Both the position numbers and the translations under genes were made by a program. 46,359 nucleotides of DNA, from positions 1-46,359 of IMG/VR virus record IMGVR_UViG_3300037424_000570. One strand, 5' to 3'. Below are positions 18,251 to 26,767 of this stretch, piece after piece. The stretch is from a virus (Duplodnaviria; Caudoviricetes). Numbering within the stretch: the stretch's first letter is position 1; each line of letters opens with the position of its first letter. The notes under the pieces were generated by a model. That model did no database searches. It worked only from the letters and a program-made list of their open reading frames with translations, and was not told where the DNA came from.

Positions 18251-18979
18251 CTACTGTCTCACAACGCATACCTGACGTAAATAGCCACCATCATAGCGCA
18301 GCCACTCGTAACTGTAGCCGCTCACCGTGATAACACGCGGCGGCTTGACAACGCTGATCGTCAGCCGCTTCAACTTAATTGGTTGGGAATACACACGGCA
18401 AGATTGAATAACACGTGCCCTATATGATCCTCCTGGTGGTGGAGGTGTAACGGGGGTAACTGTCGGCCTGGGGGTTGGTGCAGGCGCAGGTGCAGGTAAC
18501 GGATCTATCTCACTCGTGAAGTTGAACGCATTGGCGTAAGCATACGGCGGCTTGCGCACTTCCCAATGTAAATGTGGTCCCGTGGAATTGCCGGTATTAT
18601 CAGAGAACGCCACGATGTCCCGGTAAGTCACGCGCTGCCCGACCGTCACGTTGAATGGGTGATTGGCGCGCAGGTGAGCGAACAACGCCCGCAGCGATTG
18701 GTTGGGATCTGTGAGCGTGATGTAATATGCGTAGCCGACCGTCGTATACCCTGCCGACGAGATGATGCAAGTCGGGAACGGGCAGTACAGATTGGTGCTG
18801 TTCGGCATCCCGTAATCGAGCGCTGGATGATAGCCGCTATAAAGCTGTGTCAGTGGAAAGTTGCCACGAAATGGTCTATATATTTCATATCGCCCGCCCT
18901 GGAACGGGGATGCTTTTGCTGGTAGAAACGGGATAACCAGGCTGAGTAGGATTACAAGTATCAATATCTTTTTTATCAT
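18251..18979 (-). CDS. Secreted M23 peptidase (cell-wall hydrolase)
   Basis: Signal peptide ending AKA; HPALD, FAHL, NTGNSTGPHLHWEVR; Pro/Thr linker; possible SH3-like C-terminal domain. Confidence 0.9.
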   Translation of the reverse strand: MIKKILILVILLSLVIPFLPAKASPFQGGRYEIYRPFRGNFPLTQLYSGYHPALDYGMPNSTNLYCPFPTCIISSAGYTTVGYAYYITLTDPNQSLRALFAHLRANHPFNVTVGQRVTYRDIVAFSDNTGNSTGPHLHWEVRKPPYAYANAFNFTSEIDPLPAPAPAPTPRPTVTPVTPPPPGGSYRARVIQSCRVYSQPIKLKRLTISVVKPPRVITVSGYSYEWLRYDGGYLRQVCVVRQ

Positions 18980-19674
18980 CCGTCCCTCTCTATCGTCACG
19001 GTATACCCTCCGCCCTTTAGCACGACCGGTAGAAAAGTCTGCTTCTCCCCTGGGAACGGGTACGCTGCGGTATTGAATCTGTCCAAGTCTATCTCCCTAC
19101 TCGACGCGCCATAGCGTGCCCCGTTCGGTGACACCTCGTATTGATGAATTAGGTGACTGCCCGGTCGCCAGCCGTTGATGGTGTTGAGCTGCCCGGTGGT
19201 CCACTGCGCGTGCCAGAGATGGACGCCGCCATCTTGCCAGCTCGTGCCAGGATTAGTAACTACTTTCGCATTCCAGAAGCCGGGCGACGTGTAAACCATC
19301 CTGCCGCCCAGTTGGGCCAGAAAATCAACAACACTTTCGCGAATATCACGTGGTCCCAGTCCTCCCGTCTCCTCAACATCACACGCGTGCGGTATCGTCG
19401 CGTCTCTGTCCTTGATGAGATCCCGGAAGTACTCCGCCTGCCTGATCGGGTCATGGTTCGGTCTGAAGTACCAATAAAACCCCCATACCTTGATGGGACT
19501 TGCCAGGATCCCGGCGTAGTGCTGCTCCAGCAGGTCGTCGGTATACGGCACGCCCGTCGCGTTGTCGGTGGATCCGGCGCGGATGATAGCAAAGCGGACA
19601 CCGGCGTCGTATGCCTTGTCCCAGTCCATGCGGCCATTCCACTTTGACACATCGACTCCAAGTATTTCGGTCAT
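18976..19674 (-). CDS. GH25 muramidase (endolysin)
   Basis: GVDVSKWNG, FAIIRA, GFYWYF, QAEYF, DVE, DLD motifs. Confidence 0.9.
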   Translation of the reverse strand: MTEILGVDVSKWNGRMDWDKAYDAGVRFAIIRAGSTDNATGVPYTDDLLEQHYAGILASPIKVWGFYWYFRPNHDPIRQAEYFRDLIKDRDATIPHACDVEETGGLGPRDIRESVVDFLAQLGGRMVYTSPGFWNAKVVTNPGTSWQDGGVHLWHAQWTTGQLNTINGWRPGSHLIHQYEVSPNGARYGASSREIDLDRFNTAAYPFPGEKQTFLPVVLKGGGYTVTIERDG

Positions 19675-19847
19675 TCTTCCTCGTCTTTCTTCTCATCTTC
19701 CTCCGGCTCGCACTCCAGGCATATCAGCCTATGGCCATCCCAGCGGTGGCGAGTCTGCTTGCCTTTGCCCTCGTGATTGCTGCACCATATGTAGCCGACG
19801 TCATCGCCGGGGTACACACGTTGCAGCGGTTGCGTGTTCAGCGTCAT
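19671..19847 (-). CDS. Small Cys/His protein (58 aa, not in ORF track)
   Basis: MTLNTQPLQRVYPGDDVGYIWCSNH...ICLEC; ATGA overlaps on both sides. Confidence 0.55.
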   Translation of the reverse strand: MTLNTQPLQRVYPGDDVGYIWCSNHEGKGKQTRHRWDGHRLICLECEPEEDEKKDEEE

Positions 19848-20107
19848 TCACTTTCCTCTGCCAATGCGCGGCGGTAGATTTCGTGAAGCTCCGCCATCGT
19901 CGCCTTATCGCCATAGATATGATCGCTCAACACGTCGCCCATATCCGCGACACAATCCCTCAGCCGCCGCAAGTCCGCGAGCATCTCCGGCGCGGCGTTG
20001 CGGAGGGCAATGTCGTAGTCTGTCAAATATCCCCAATAGCCCTCAGTTTCCTCTTCGGATTCGTACTCTTTTTTTAGCAGCTCCAACTTATCTAAGTTGT
20101 AACTCAT
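19844..20107 (-). CDS. Hypothetical protein
   Basis: IALRNAAPEMLADLRRLR phage-typical motif; operon packing. Confidence 0.6.
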   Translation of the reverse strand: MSYNLDKLELLKKEYESEEETEGYWGYLTDYDIALRNAAPEMLADLRRLRDCVADMGDVLSDHIYGDKATMAELHEIYRRALAEESE

Positions 20108-20108
20108 C

Positions 20109-20255
20109 TCATCCAATCCTCTCACGTAGAAATCCTAGTATCGCCATCCAGATAATTTTTAGCCACGGCACCGCCTGCTCGCCGTGGCGCCACGCGTCGG
20201 CGCTCGTCTCCAGCAGGTCGGTCAGGTCTGATAGGGTACGTTCGGTGTCGGTCAT
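20109..20255 (-). CDS. Hypothetical protein (48 aa, not in ORF track)
   Basis: ATGA overlap with methyltransferase stop; GGAG RBS. Confidence 0.45.
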   Translation of the reverse strand: MTDTERTLSDLTDLLETSADAWRHGEQAVPWLKIIWMAILGFLRERIG

Positions 20256-20896
20256 ATCTCCATCCTTATCTGTAACTTTGCTTGCTGAATACGCTTGATT
20301 GCGATGTCGAAATACTTCTCATCAATTTCACAGCCGATGAAATCCCGTCCAGTCTGCACGCAGGCGACTCCAGTCGTGCCGCTACCCATAAAGGGGTCGA
20401 GGATGGTGCCTGCTGCAGCCAACTCAATACACCATTTCATGAGTGCAATCGGCTTTTGAGTAGGGTGCAATCCATTCTCTTTGAGCATTGCAGCGCGCGG
20501 ATAAGAGAATATTCGCACCGCCTTATCCTGATTACTCCAGGCAAGTTCGCCATCTGCGAGGCTAAAATCTCGTTGCCCTTTGTCCCATATAAGCCATTGC
20601 TGGGTTGGCGGTAAATAATCAGTGAAGTAATTCCCGCCCCAGATAATAACGGTTTTCCCTACTCTTATCATTTGATCAAAACAATCTTTTGGTGGTCTGG
20701 TCTTATCCCATTCGCCTTGTTCTCTATAATCTCGCCAGCCATTTATGCCACGTCCGCCACCTGAAATAATGTTTATCCCATACGGCGGATCAGTCACGAC
20801 CGCATCCACACTCCCCGCCGCAAGCGTCGGAAGGATTTCGAGACAGTCGCCCAGGTACAGTTTCATGCCATCCACCTGCCACATGGGTGCTATCAC
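20252..20896 (-). CDS. DNA N4-cytosine/N6-adenine methyltransferase (beta class)
   Basis: GDCLE, VTDPPY, HPTQKP, LDPFMGSGTT; GTG start with GAGGAG RBS. Confidence 0.92.
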   Translation of the reverse strand: MIAPMWQVDGMKLYLGDCLEILPTLAAGSVDAVVTDPPYGINIISGGGRGINGWRDYREQGEWDKTRPPKDCFDQMIRVGKTVIIWGGNYFTDYLPPTQQWLIWDKGQRDFSLADGELAWSNQDKAVRIFSYPRAAMLKENGLHPTQKPIALMKWCIELAAAGTILDPFMGSGTTGVACVQTGRDFIGCEIDEKYFDIAIKRIQQAKLQIRMEI

Positions 20897-20960
20897 GCCG
20901 CCACTCTCCTCGCCTTGCCTCGCTCCCAGCCCCACCGTTGCGCCGTCCGCGCTATGTCGG

Positions 20961-21308
20961 TCATAATTCCCTCGCCTCCACCAGCGCCACCAGCAGCTCC
21001 AGCGCACTCACCGCGCCCATGCCCGGCGACTTGTTCCCGCGCCTGGCTGCGCGCTCCCGCGTCCGCAGCATCAGCGCCGCAACCATCAGCGATAGGCCGT
21101 ATTGCGCCTCGCTGTCCAGTAAGTGCCAAAAGTAGCAGGCGCGCCAGGTGTGATCTTCGGCAGATACGGACGACTCGATGTCCTTGCGCACCTGGAGGGC
21201 GAGCGCGGCATACTGGTGATGCTCGCCACAGACTGGATGCCCGTTATGCGAGCCGGTCTGTAACGGGCTGGCAGGTTGGTTGCAGATGGCGCAGCGTTTG
21301 AGTGTCAT
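20961..21308 (-). CDS. Zn-finger hypothetical protein
   Basis: CAIC...CGEH; ATG at 21308 with GAGG RBS. Confidence 0.6.
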   Translation of the reverse strand: MTLKRCAICNQPASPLQTGSHNGHPVCGEHHQYAALALQVRKDIESSVSAEDHTWRACYFWHLLDSEAQYGLSLMVAALMLRTRERAARRGNKSPGMGAVSALELLVALVEAREL

Positions 21309-21487
21309 TTCGTATCCTCTTTCCACATATCGTACATGCGTTCTATCCTCATCTCTATCGCCCACCAGCGCTGGCGGTAGTACTCCGCCGCCTCGTACAT
21401 CTTGCAGACGTAGTGCCATGCCGCCAGCGAGCAGTAGCGGCGGGCCAGCAACGTGTCGGCGGCGGTCAAAGTCAGGAAGTCGGACAC
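21305..21487 (-). CDS. Hypothetical protein (60 aa)
   Basis: Overlap-coupled small ORF. Confidence 0.5.
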   Translation of the reverse strand: MSDFLTLTAADTLLARRYCSLAAWHYVCKMYEAAEYYRQRWWAIEMRIERMYDMWKEDTK

Positions 21488-22008
21488 TCAAACTCCACTC
21501 GCGCCATCAGCGCCCGCTCCAGCGTGGAGCGCAGACGGGAACGGGCCAGGGATACGCGGTATTCGTCCTCGCAGGCAATCACGAACGCGTCACCGTCCAC
21601 GCGCGCAATCCACATCTCGCCAAACTGTTGACGCAGGCCACGCGGTACGTCGTTCATCACAACGTCGAAACGGCTGACTTGCATCCGGTACTTCTCCCTC
21701 ACCTCTGCCGGCGTCGGGTCCACAGGTGTCTCACGTTCATAGCTCTCTAGTATTCCCGCGGTGTAGTCCACGTGTTTACCGTTCCCGTTCTTGCCATTCT
21801 CTTTGTAGCCGTTCACCTTCCAGCGTTCCAGTATCGCTCTGGCATAACTCCACTTCCTCACGTTGTTCACGACTGCCAGTTTCACGGCCTCGACTATCCA
21901 CTCACTCGGGTACTCGTCCTCTGCGCTCATCAGCTCATCTTTTAGCAGCGGCGTTATCATGCCTATGTTCTGCTCGTATAGTAAGAAGATGTTCGCCGGT
22001 TCGTCCAC
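21472..22008 (-). CDS. DnaD-domain replication protein with C-terminal DnaA domain I-like region
   Basis: IFLLYEQNIG...EWIVEAVKLAV...WSYARAILERWK (DnaD YxxxILxxW); C-terminal FVIACEDEY..SLARSRL resembles DnaA_N. Confidence 0.8.
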   Translation of the reverse strand: MDEPANIFLLYEQNIGMITPLLKDELMSAEDEYPSEWIVEAVKLAVVNNVRKWSYARAILERWKVNGYKENGKNGNGKHVDYTAGILESYERETPVDPTPAEVREKYRMQVSRFDVVMNDVPRGLRQQFGEMWIARVDGDAFVIACEDEYRVSLARSRLRSTLERALMARVEFECPTS

Positions 22009-22009
22009 T

Positions 22010-22385
22010 TCCTCGCTCCTCTCTGGACCTCTGTTACTTTATGTTCAGGCGCAATGACCTCCCCGCGTAAGAGTACGCGGTTGAACGCTTAGTCAGGCTC
22101 GCTCGTACATTACGGATGAGCGACATCCCTCAACGCAGATCACCTGTTATTCACAGGGCGGCCCAGGTCTCGTTGATCCTTACCCTAATCTGCGAAGCTC
22201 CCCGCCTTTCGGCTACCGAGTACGGGTGTGGGCATGGTCACTAAGCGGCTCGCAAGCTCGCAGTAGATCGCATGGGTCGTCCCACCATCTGGGTTTTTAG
22301 TGCTCCATTGGCCAGCGCCTTGCAGCCTATGAGGGAGCTATGTAGTCCGGTTTGACAGTACGCATCCCCGGCTCATGGAAGCGGT
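22010..22385 (-). ncRNA. Large structured non-coding element upstream of the replication gene
   Basis: No credible ORF; at least 8 helices including long-range CGCTTAGT/ACTAAGCG and CGCAGAT/ATCTGCG, plus a GAAA tetraloop on the minus strand. Confidence 0.6.
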
Positions 22386-22811
22386 TTACTTTAGATACGC
22401 ACCGTTCTCAACCCAGTTGATGAAGCGGTCGACCAATTCAAACGTAGTCGTTTGGGTTGTTCGTGTGCGCCACTTGCCCATAAATCTGTATTCTGTGACG
22501 GTGGTGTTGGCAACGTCAATATCACCTTGTGAGTTGTGCGAGGCAATAACCGTGAGCGTTGGCTTTACTTTTTGCATGTCGTCTGTCTGTCTCTCAAGCG
22601 CCAATCGTTGCCCAAATGGAAGCTCTGCACTCTCGTACTTCGTTTCGATGTAGACATAGCAGATGTTCTTGTATTCAATCATCCCGTCTACATCAGTTGG
22701 TGTTATATTCCCGAACCGCAGCCCGCTAAAATCCCTTACTTGATTTGCGTATTCACGATTGCGGATTATGCCGCGTGTATCATTTGTATAATATGGTTCC
22801 GAACCCATCAA
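22386..22811 (-). CDS. PD-(D/E)XK nuclease-like protein
   Basis: PTDVDG...YIETK...GQ pattern. Confidence 0.6.
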   Translation of the reverse strand: MMGSEPYYTNDTRGIIRNREYANQVRDFSGLRFGNITPTDVDGMIEYKNICYVYIETKYESAELPFGQRLALERQTDDMQKVKPTLTVIASHNSQGDIDVANTTVTEYRFMGKWRTRTTQTTTFELVDRFINWVENGAYLK

Positions 22812-22841
22812 ACTCCTCGGCCAACAACTGAATGCTGTCGC

Positions 22842-23759
22842 CTATTTGCATATTAGTGCTACCCACCCCATTTCTTTGAACTCGGCTATAAACTTTTCGG
22901 GGTGATCGCCACAATAAACAACGGCCTGGCCTTGTAGCGGTGCGCCGGAAGGCTGGCCGTATTGATCTATAAATCGAATGCGTCCTCGCGGGAACAACAC
23001 AGCAGACGCGACTGATACAAGATCGGCGAACCAGGATGTTTCGGTTGCGTTATTTACAAGAACAATGGCTTCGCTTACATCCCCACTCGCACAATGCTTA
23101 TTTAATTTGTTGGTGAATTTACCTATTAGCTCTGCGGCATAGGGTGGGTTCATCCAGACACGCCCCGCCCAGTCATGGCTCAGCCCATCATCGTACATGG
23201 TGTAATACTTATCCGCCTTGACTGTTTGATTGGCAAAGTCCGATGATGCAGGGTCGAGGTCGATGCCACCCATAACTCGGCGAGCGGCTTCGATGTATCC
23301 TTTAGGGGTGTACCACTCGTTCTCTTCGGAGTTGAAGGATACGTGGGGTCCGAGTACATAGCGGAGTAACCCAGCCTTGGTAGGTTCTACCTGTTTCTCT
23401 ATGCAGTCGTCAATGTAATCGTCAATCTCATCCAGCGATATTTCAAGTTCTTTCTTTCGCCGCTGCCATTGCATACGGGTGAAGCCGTAGTCGATCAACG
23501 TAGAGGTAACGGCATCGTTACTTCTATCGTCCCACCTGTGTGGACCATGATAAATGTTCGGCTCAACGAGTTCTGTTGTCTTGCGTCGTGCCAGGATGTA
23601 GATGCGGGAAGCCTCGACTACGCCTTCGTAATCGTTCTGTTCTTTCGCCCATGCCTTAGCAGCAGCGGCTAGGGCCTCGACTTCGTGGGATTCTTTAGGG
23701 GTATTGGCGTTCTGTAATGCAAGTTCAGCTTTCGTTATCGGTGTTATCTCAGTTTCCAT
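22842..23759 (-). CDS. Phage Dam-type DNA N6-adenine methyltransferase with helical N-terminal extension
   Basis: EWYTP, IDLDPAS, DGL, VWMNPPY, GRIRF. Confidence 0.9.
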   Translation of the reverse strand: METEITPITKAELALQNANTPKESHEVEALAAAAKAWAKEQNDYEGVVEASRIYILARRKTTELVEPNIYHGPHRWDDRSNDAVTSTLIDYGFTRMQWQRRKKELEISLDEIDDYIDDCIEKQVEPTKAGLLRYVLGPHVSFNSEENEWYTPKGYIEAARRVMGGIDLDPASSDFANQTVKADKYYTMYDDGLSHDWAGRVWMNPPYAAELIGKFTNKLNKHCASGDVSEAIVLVNNATETSWFADLVSVASAVLFPRGRIRFIDQYGQPSGAPLQGQAVVYCGDHPEKFIAEFKEMGWVALICK

Positions 23760-23899
23760 TTTTTCTCCTACCTCCGCTTAGTCCCATGTTCGCGGAGGCC
23801 TTTACCCTGTGACTAATTCCCTGCCAGCCGTCCGCCCGGCAATCCCTACCGCGGCTCCCTTCACCTTTCATCTCTGACAGTACCACTGGGCCAGGGCAT

Positions 23900-24020
23900 A
23901 AAACAAAAACCGCCTGGGCTGCATCTGTGTCTGGAAGCGCCCGCCGAAGTAGGGCATTACACAGACACAGCCCACGCGGCTATGTCCTTCGGCTACGCGG
24001 CTACCAGACCGCTCTATCTA
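23900..24020 (-). ncRNA. C4/CI-like antisense/attenuator leader RNA with intrinsic terminator
   Basis: GCGG-UCUGGUAG-CCGC hairpin whose loop complements CUUCCAGAC inside a long branched stem (23910-23979) followed by UUUUUGUUUU. Confidence 0.6.
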
Positions 24021-24026
24021 CCATGT

Positions 24027-24055
24027 AGTTTAGCATATACTCTGTCCCATGTCAA
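24027..24055 (-). promoter_or_regulatory. Sigma70-type promoter
   Basis: TTGACA-N17-TAAACT with extended TG. Confidence 0.75.
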
Positions 24056-24095
24056 TACTGTAGCCGTTATTCAACTACGTAGTATCGAACTGTCA

Positions 24096-24204
24096 GTAAG
24101 GTTTATCCTAACGTCTGGTTTACTTTGTGCACGTTTAGTCATGCGATTCGCCGCCTAATCCTTACATCTCAAACTAGTTGTAAGGTTTATCCTAACGTCT
24201 GGTT
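24096..24204. repeat. 25-bp perfect direct repeat GTAAGGTTTATCCTAACGTCTGGTT, two copies
   Basis: 24096-24120 and 24180-24204, 59-nt spacer. Confidence 0.9.
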
Positions 24205-24367
24205 GTCTCTCACGTGTGTCTCAATTGGGCGGGCTGACTCGAACAGCAGGTGGTTGTCTAGCAAAGCTAGTCTCTCCGGCCACGCGGCACCCTCGCCGCC
24301 GCCGCCCATGTTGCTACTCTCTCTTGCCGCCATAGAATCACCACACTTATTCAAAAGTGGAGTGGTT

Positions 24368-24718
24368 TTAAGGTGAACCGGCGCGGCTTCTCACCGCGTA
24401 CTCCACGTATTGCAGCGCCAGCCCCGTATCAATCCAGGTGGACGGCATCGCCAGCACCAACCAGCCCATGCAGGCGGCCTCGCAGTATTTGCGGCAGTCG
24501 TTATCATAGCCAACTCCACGAACGTGTTTACCCTGGGCAAACGTTCCGCCTTGTATTTCGACTGCGATCATCCGCTGCGGGTCGCTAATATCCCAGCGCC
24601 ACCTGCGGACCGGATGGAAGCGCGCCTCGCGGACAAATCCGGTGATGCCTGTCACTTCAAGCTGCTGAAGCAGCGCGGCGGAATAGTCGACTCGGTAGGA
24701 TACGCGGCGTTTAATCAT
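24368..24718 (-). CDS. DUF559/Vsr-like endonuclease
   Basis: REARFHPVRRWRWD...IAVEIQGG...H...D..KY.EA...GW. Confidence 0.75.
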   Translation of the reverse strand: MIKRRVSYRVDYSAALLQQLEVTGITGFVREARFHPVRRWRWDISDPQRMIAVEIQGGTFAQGKHVRGVGYDNDCRKYCEAACMGWLVLAMPSTWIDTGLALQYVEYAVRSRAGSP

Positions 24719-24935
24719 GGCTCTCCGCCCAATGCTTTACTCGTTCTGGTGCTCCGAACATCCATGCCCACAGTTTCGGCGCAATTACCAGTGTCACGAC
24801 GAACGCCGCCAACGCATAGCCCGGCTTCTCCCAGGGCGTGGCCAGCAGTACCAGCGCGGCCACAACCCAGGCAAAGACGACGGAGGCGACCAGCGAGCAG
24901 CAGCACGTGCGGGTAACGGGGGTCGGGGCGTTCAT
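24711..24935 (-). CDS. Small two-TM membrane protein
   Basis: ATGA-coupled start at 24935; two hydrophobic segments. Confidence 0.55.
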   Translation of the reverse strand: MNAPTPVTRTCCCSLVASVVFAWVVAALVLLATPWEKPGYALAAFVVTLVIAPKLWAWMFGAPERVKHWAESHD

Positions 24936-25516
24936 TGCTCTATCCTCTTGAATGTGATCGCCCATACCCAGGGATTGCTCTCCCAGGGATAGTCACGCTT
25001 GGCGTTGATGCTGTCCCATAGTTCCGAGAAAGTCATGCCGATTGGTGTACCTTCCGCGATATGATCCTCCCAGGATATTTCCTGTAATCGCTCCACCCTA
25101 ACAGTGGTCACTTCGAGCAGGATACGGGATGCCCAGCGCGGCATGAAAATTGATGGACGCCACTCATAACCAGGGAGCGTAAATTCTCCATCTGCCCGAT
25201 AACTTACAAAACCCGGAGAAGGTTCGATGTTGTTGCCGCCCCGATAATGCCACGTCTCCCGTACCCACAATCTGTCACCGGGGACGCCGAATGGACAGCG
25301 CAGGTCGAACGACCAGTCGTTCATGTAGACTTCACCCATGTGTTGACTTGGGGCATCGCCAGCAATCGTCCATGACACTCCGTTGAATTCGATAGTGTCG
25401 ATTGGTTTATCCCCTAACCCATCCTTGATAACCCTTCTAGTCTGCGTCTTTCTCCCCTCCAGGATCGCTCGCACCATCTCGGCGCTGAACAAAATCGGTC
25501 TCTCTTTCATGAGCAT
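24932..25516 (-). CDS. ASCH/PUA-like phage protein
   Basis: PILFSAEMVRAILEGRKTQTRR, PGDRLWVRETW, WRPSIFMPRWASRI, NPWVW. Confidence 0.8.
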   Translation of the reverse strand: MLMKERPILFSAEMVRAILEGRKTQTRRVIKDGLGDKPIDTIEFNGVSWTIAGDAPSQHMGEVYMNDWSFDLRCPFGVPGDRLWVRETWHYRGGNNIEPSPGFVSYRADGEFTLPGYEWRPSIFMPRWASRILLEVTTVRVERLQEISWEDHIAEGTPIGMTFSELWDSINAKRDYPWESNPWVWAITFKRIEQ

Positions 25517-25522
25517 GGCCTC

Positions 25523-25690
25523 CTATCTTCGCAGCCTGTAATCGTCCGCCTGGGCGCTCACCGCGCACAACGCGTACGCGAACAGTCCAACCAGCGCGCC
25601 CAGGAATGCGCCGACTGCCGCGCCCAGCTCGCCGAACGTCAGATAGCCGATGATGGCGCACACCAGTGTTGTATACAGTATGAGTATCAT
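25523..25690 (-). CDS. Small membrane protein
   Basis: Hydrophobic 55 aa, ATGA-coupled. Confidence 0.5.
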   Translation of the reverse strand: MILILYTTLVCAIIGYLTFGELGAAVGAFLGALVGLFAYALCAVSAQADDYRLRR

Positions 25691-25878
25691 CTCTGGCCCC
25701 TTTCCAGCAGTGCAAGTTGAGCGCGCTGGCATCGGCGCAGGCTGGCGGGGGTGATGTCCTCATAGGATTTATGAGTACCGTATATCATGTTCCCGTCCCT
25801 GTCTGTTTCCCGCCAGACGTCAACCCGCCGCCCGCGACTAATATCGCAATCAACAACGATTGAGAAAATTGGGTTCAT
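25687..25878 (-). CDS. Hypothetical protein (63 aa)
   Basis: AAGGA RBS; operon packing. Confidence 0.55.
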   Translation of the reverse strand: MNPIFSIVVDCDISRGRRVDVWRETDRDGNMIYGTHKSYEDITPASLRRCQRAQLALLERGQR

Positions 25879-25900
25879 CTCTGTTATCCTTTCTCCCTGC

Positions 25901-25928
25901 GGCCTCCCGGCCCGATTGCCGGGAGGCC
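25901..25928. terminator. 11-bp GC hairpin (terminator/stabiliser)
   Basis: GGCCTCCCGGC-N6-GCCGGGAGGCC, intergenic; no U-tract on the coding strand. Confidence 0.45.
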
Positions 25929-25949
25929 TTCCAAAGGAGAAGAAATGAG

Positions 25950-26474
25950 CTACTGTTCCGCCCGGAACACAGCTACTTTGTTATCCTTGATTACGGCGTA
26001 TTCCATGCCGTCCATCGGCTGGTACTCCTGGCCGATAGGCCACGCTTCCCAGCCTGCGCAGTTGGCGGGGATGACTTCGGCCCACGCCTTGATACCGAAC
26101 TTGCTGAACTTGCCGCCCTTCACCTTGACGTGGTGGTGGCCGGTATCCGTTACCGCGTGGGCGATGCTCTCCACCTTGATAACGACTGTCTCTTCGCCGT
26201 GCCCATTAGCGGCAGCCGGCGGCGGCGGTGTTCCCTTCGCGGTAGGCGGAGGCGTGCCAGACTGGGGTGCTGGGGCTTGCGCCTTTGCGCCTACCGGCAG
26301 CGCTCCGTGTTCCTTGAGCCACGCCAGAGCCGTCTTGGTCTTCGGCATCAACTCATCCCCGCCATTGGCGCGCAGCGTCAGCATGCACTCGAAACCGTCC
26401 ACCACGTAGCGGACGTTCCAGCTTGCCGGAGCCTCGTTGAACGTTGGGCTTGTTGGTCCTTGCTGGTCAGTCAT
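25950..26474 (-). CDS. Two-domain hypothetical protein, possible ssDNA-binding/recombination role
   Basis: EAPAS N-domain, Pro-rich linker, beta-rich C-domain; AAGGAG RBS. Confidence 0.55.
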   Translation of the reverse strand: MTDQQGPTSPTFNEAPASWNVRYVVDGFECMLTLRANGGDELMPKTKTALAWLKEHGALPVGAKAQAPAPQSGTPPPTAKGTPPPPAAANGHGEETVVIKVESIAHAVTDTGHHHVKVKGGKFSKFGIKAWAEVIPANCAGWEAWPIGQEYQPMDGMEYAVIKDNKVAVFRAEQ

Positions 26475-26491
26475 TTTGGTACACTCCTTTT

Positions 26492-26767
26492 CTACTTACT
26501 GAATGGCATTGTCTCACCCGAGGCGCATCCGCCCCGGATGTAGGTAACACACGAGAAGCAGGCATCGCCGTCCACGGGGCAGCGGCACTCATCGTCATCT
26601 GGGATAACTTCCGCTTCCGGCGCCCACGTGTCGATACAGACCGGGGTGTCCAGGTATCCCCGGTAAAGCAGGCTATTATCGGCCGTGCGCAGATAGACTA
26701 GATCGTCTTCCCGATGGAGAACCCGGACTGGGTGTCCCTTGTAGGTTCCGTAGTATGGAATGCTCAT
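26492..26767 (-). CDS. Hypothetical protein with C-terminal Cys cluster
   Basis: Start MSIPYYG with GGAGG RBS; CRC...CFSC. Confidence 0.6.
   Translation of the reverse strand: MSIPYYGTYKGHPVRVLHREDDLVYLRTADNSLLYRGYLDTPVCIDTWAPEAEVIPDDDECRCPVDGDACFSCVTYIRGGCASGETMPFSK

Noticed and set aside
21926-21933. Second CUGAUGAG hammerhead core
   Set aside because: Lies in DnaD coding sequence with no supporting stems or GAAA/UH geometry
22010-22385. Group I or II intron
   Set aside because: No convincing P7 pairing or domain V, and the flanking ORFs each have their own stop or RBS/start
24096-24204. CRISPR array
   Set aside because: Only two repeats, a 59-nt spacer, no clear palindrome and no cas genes; kept as an unexplained repeat
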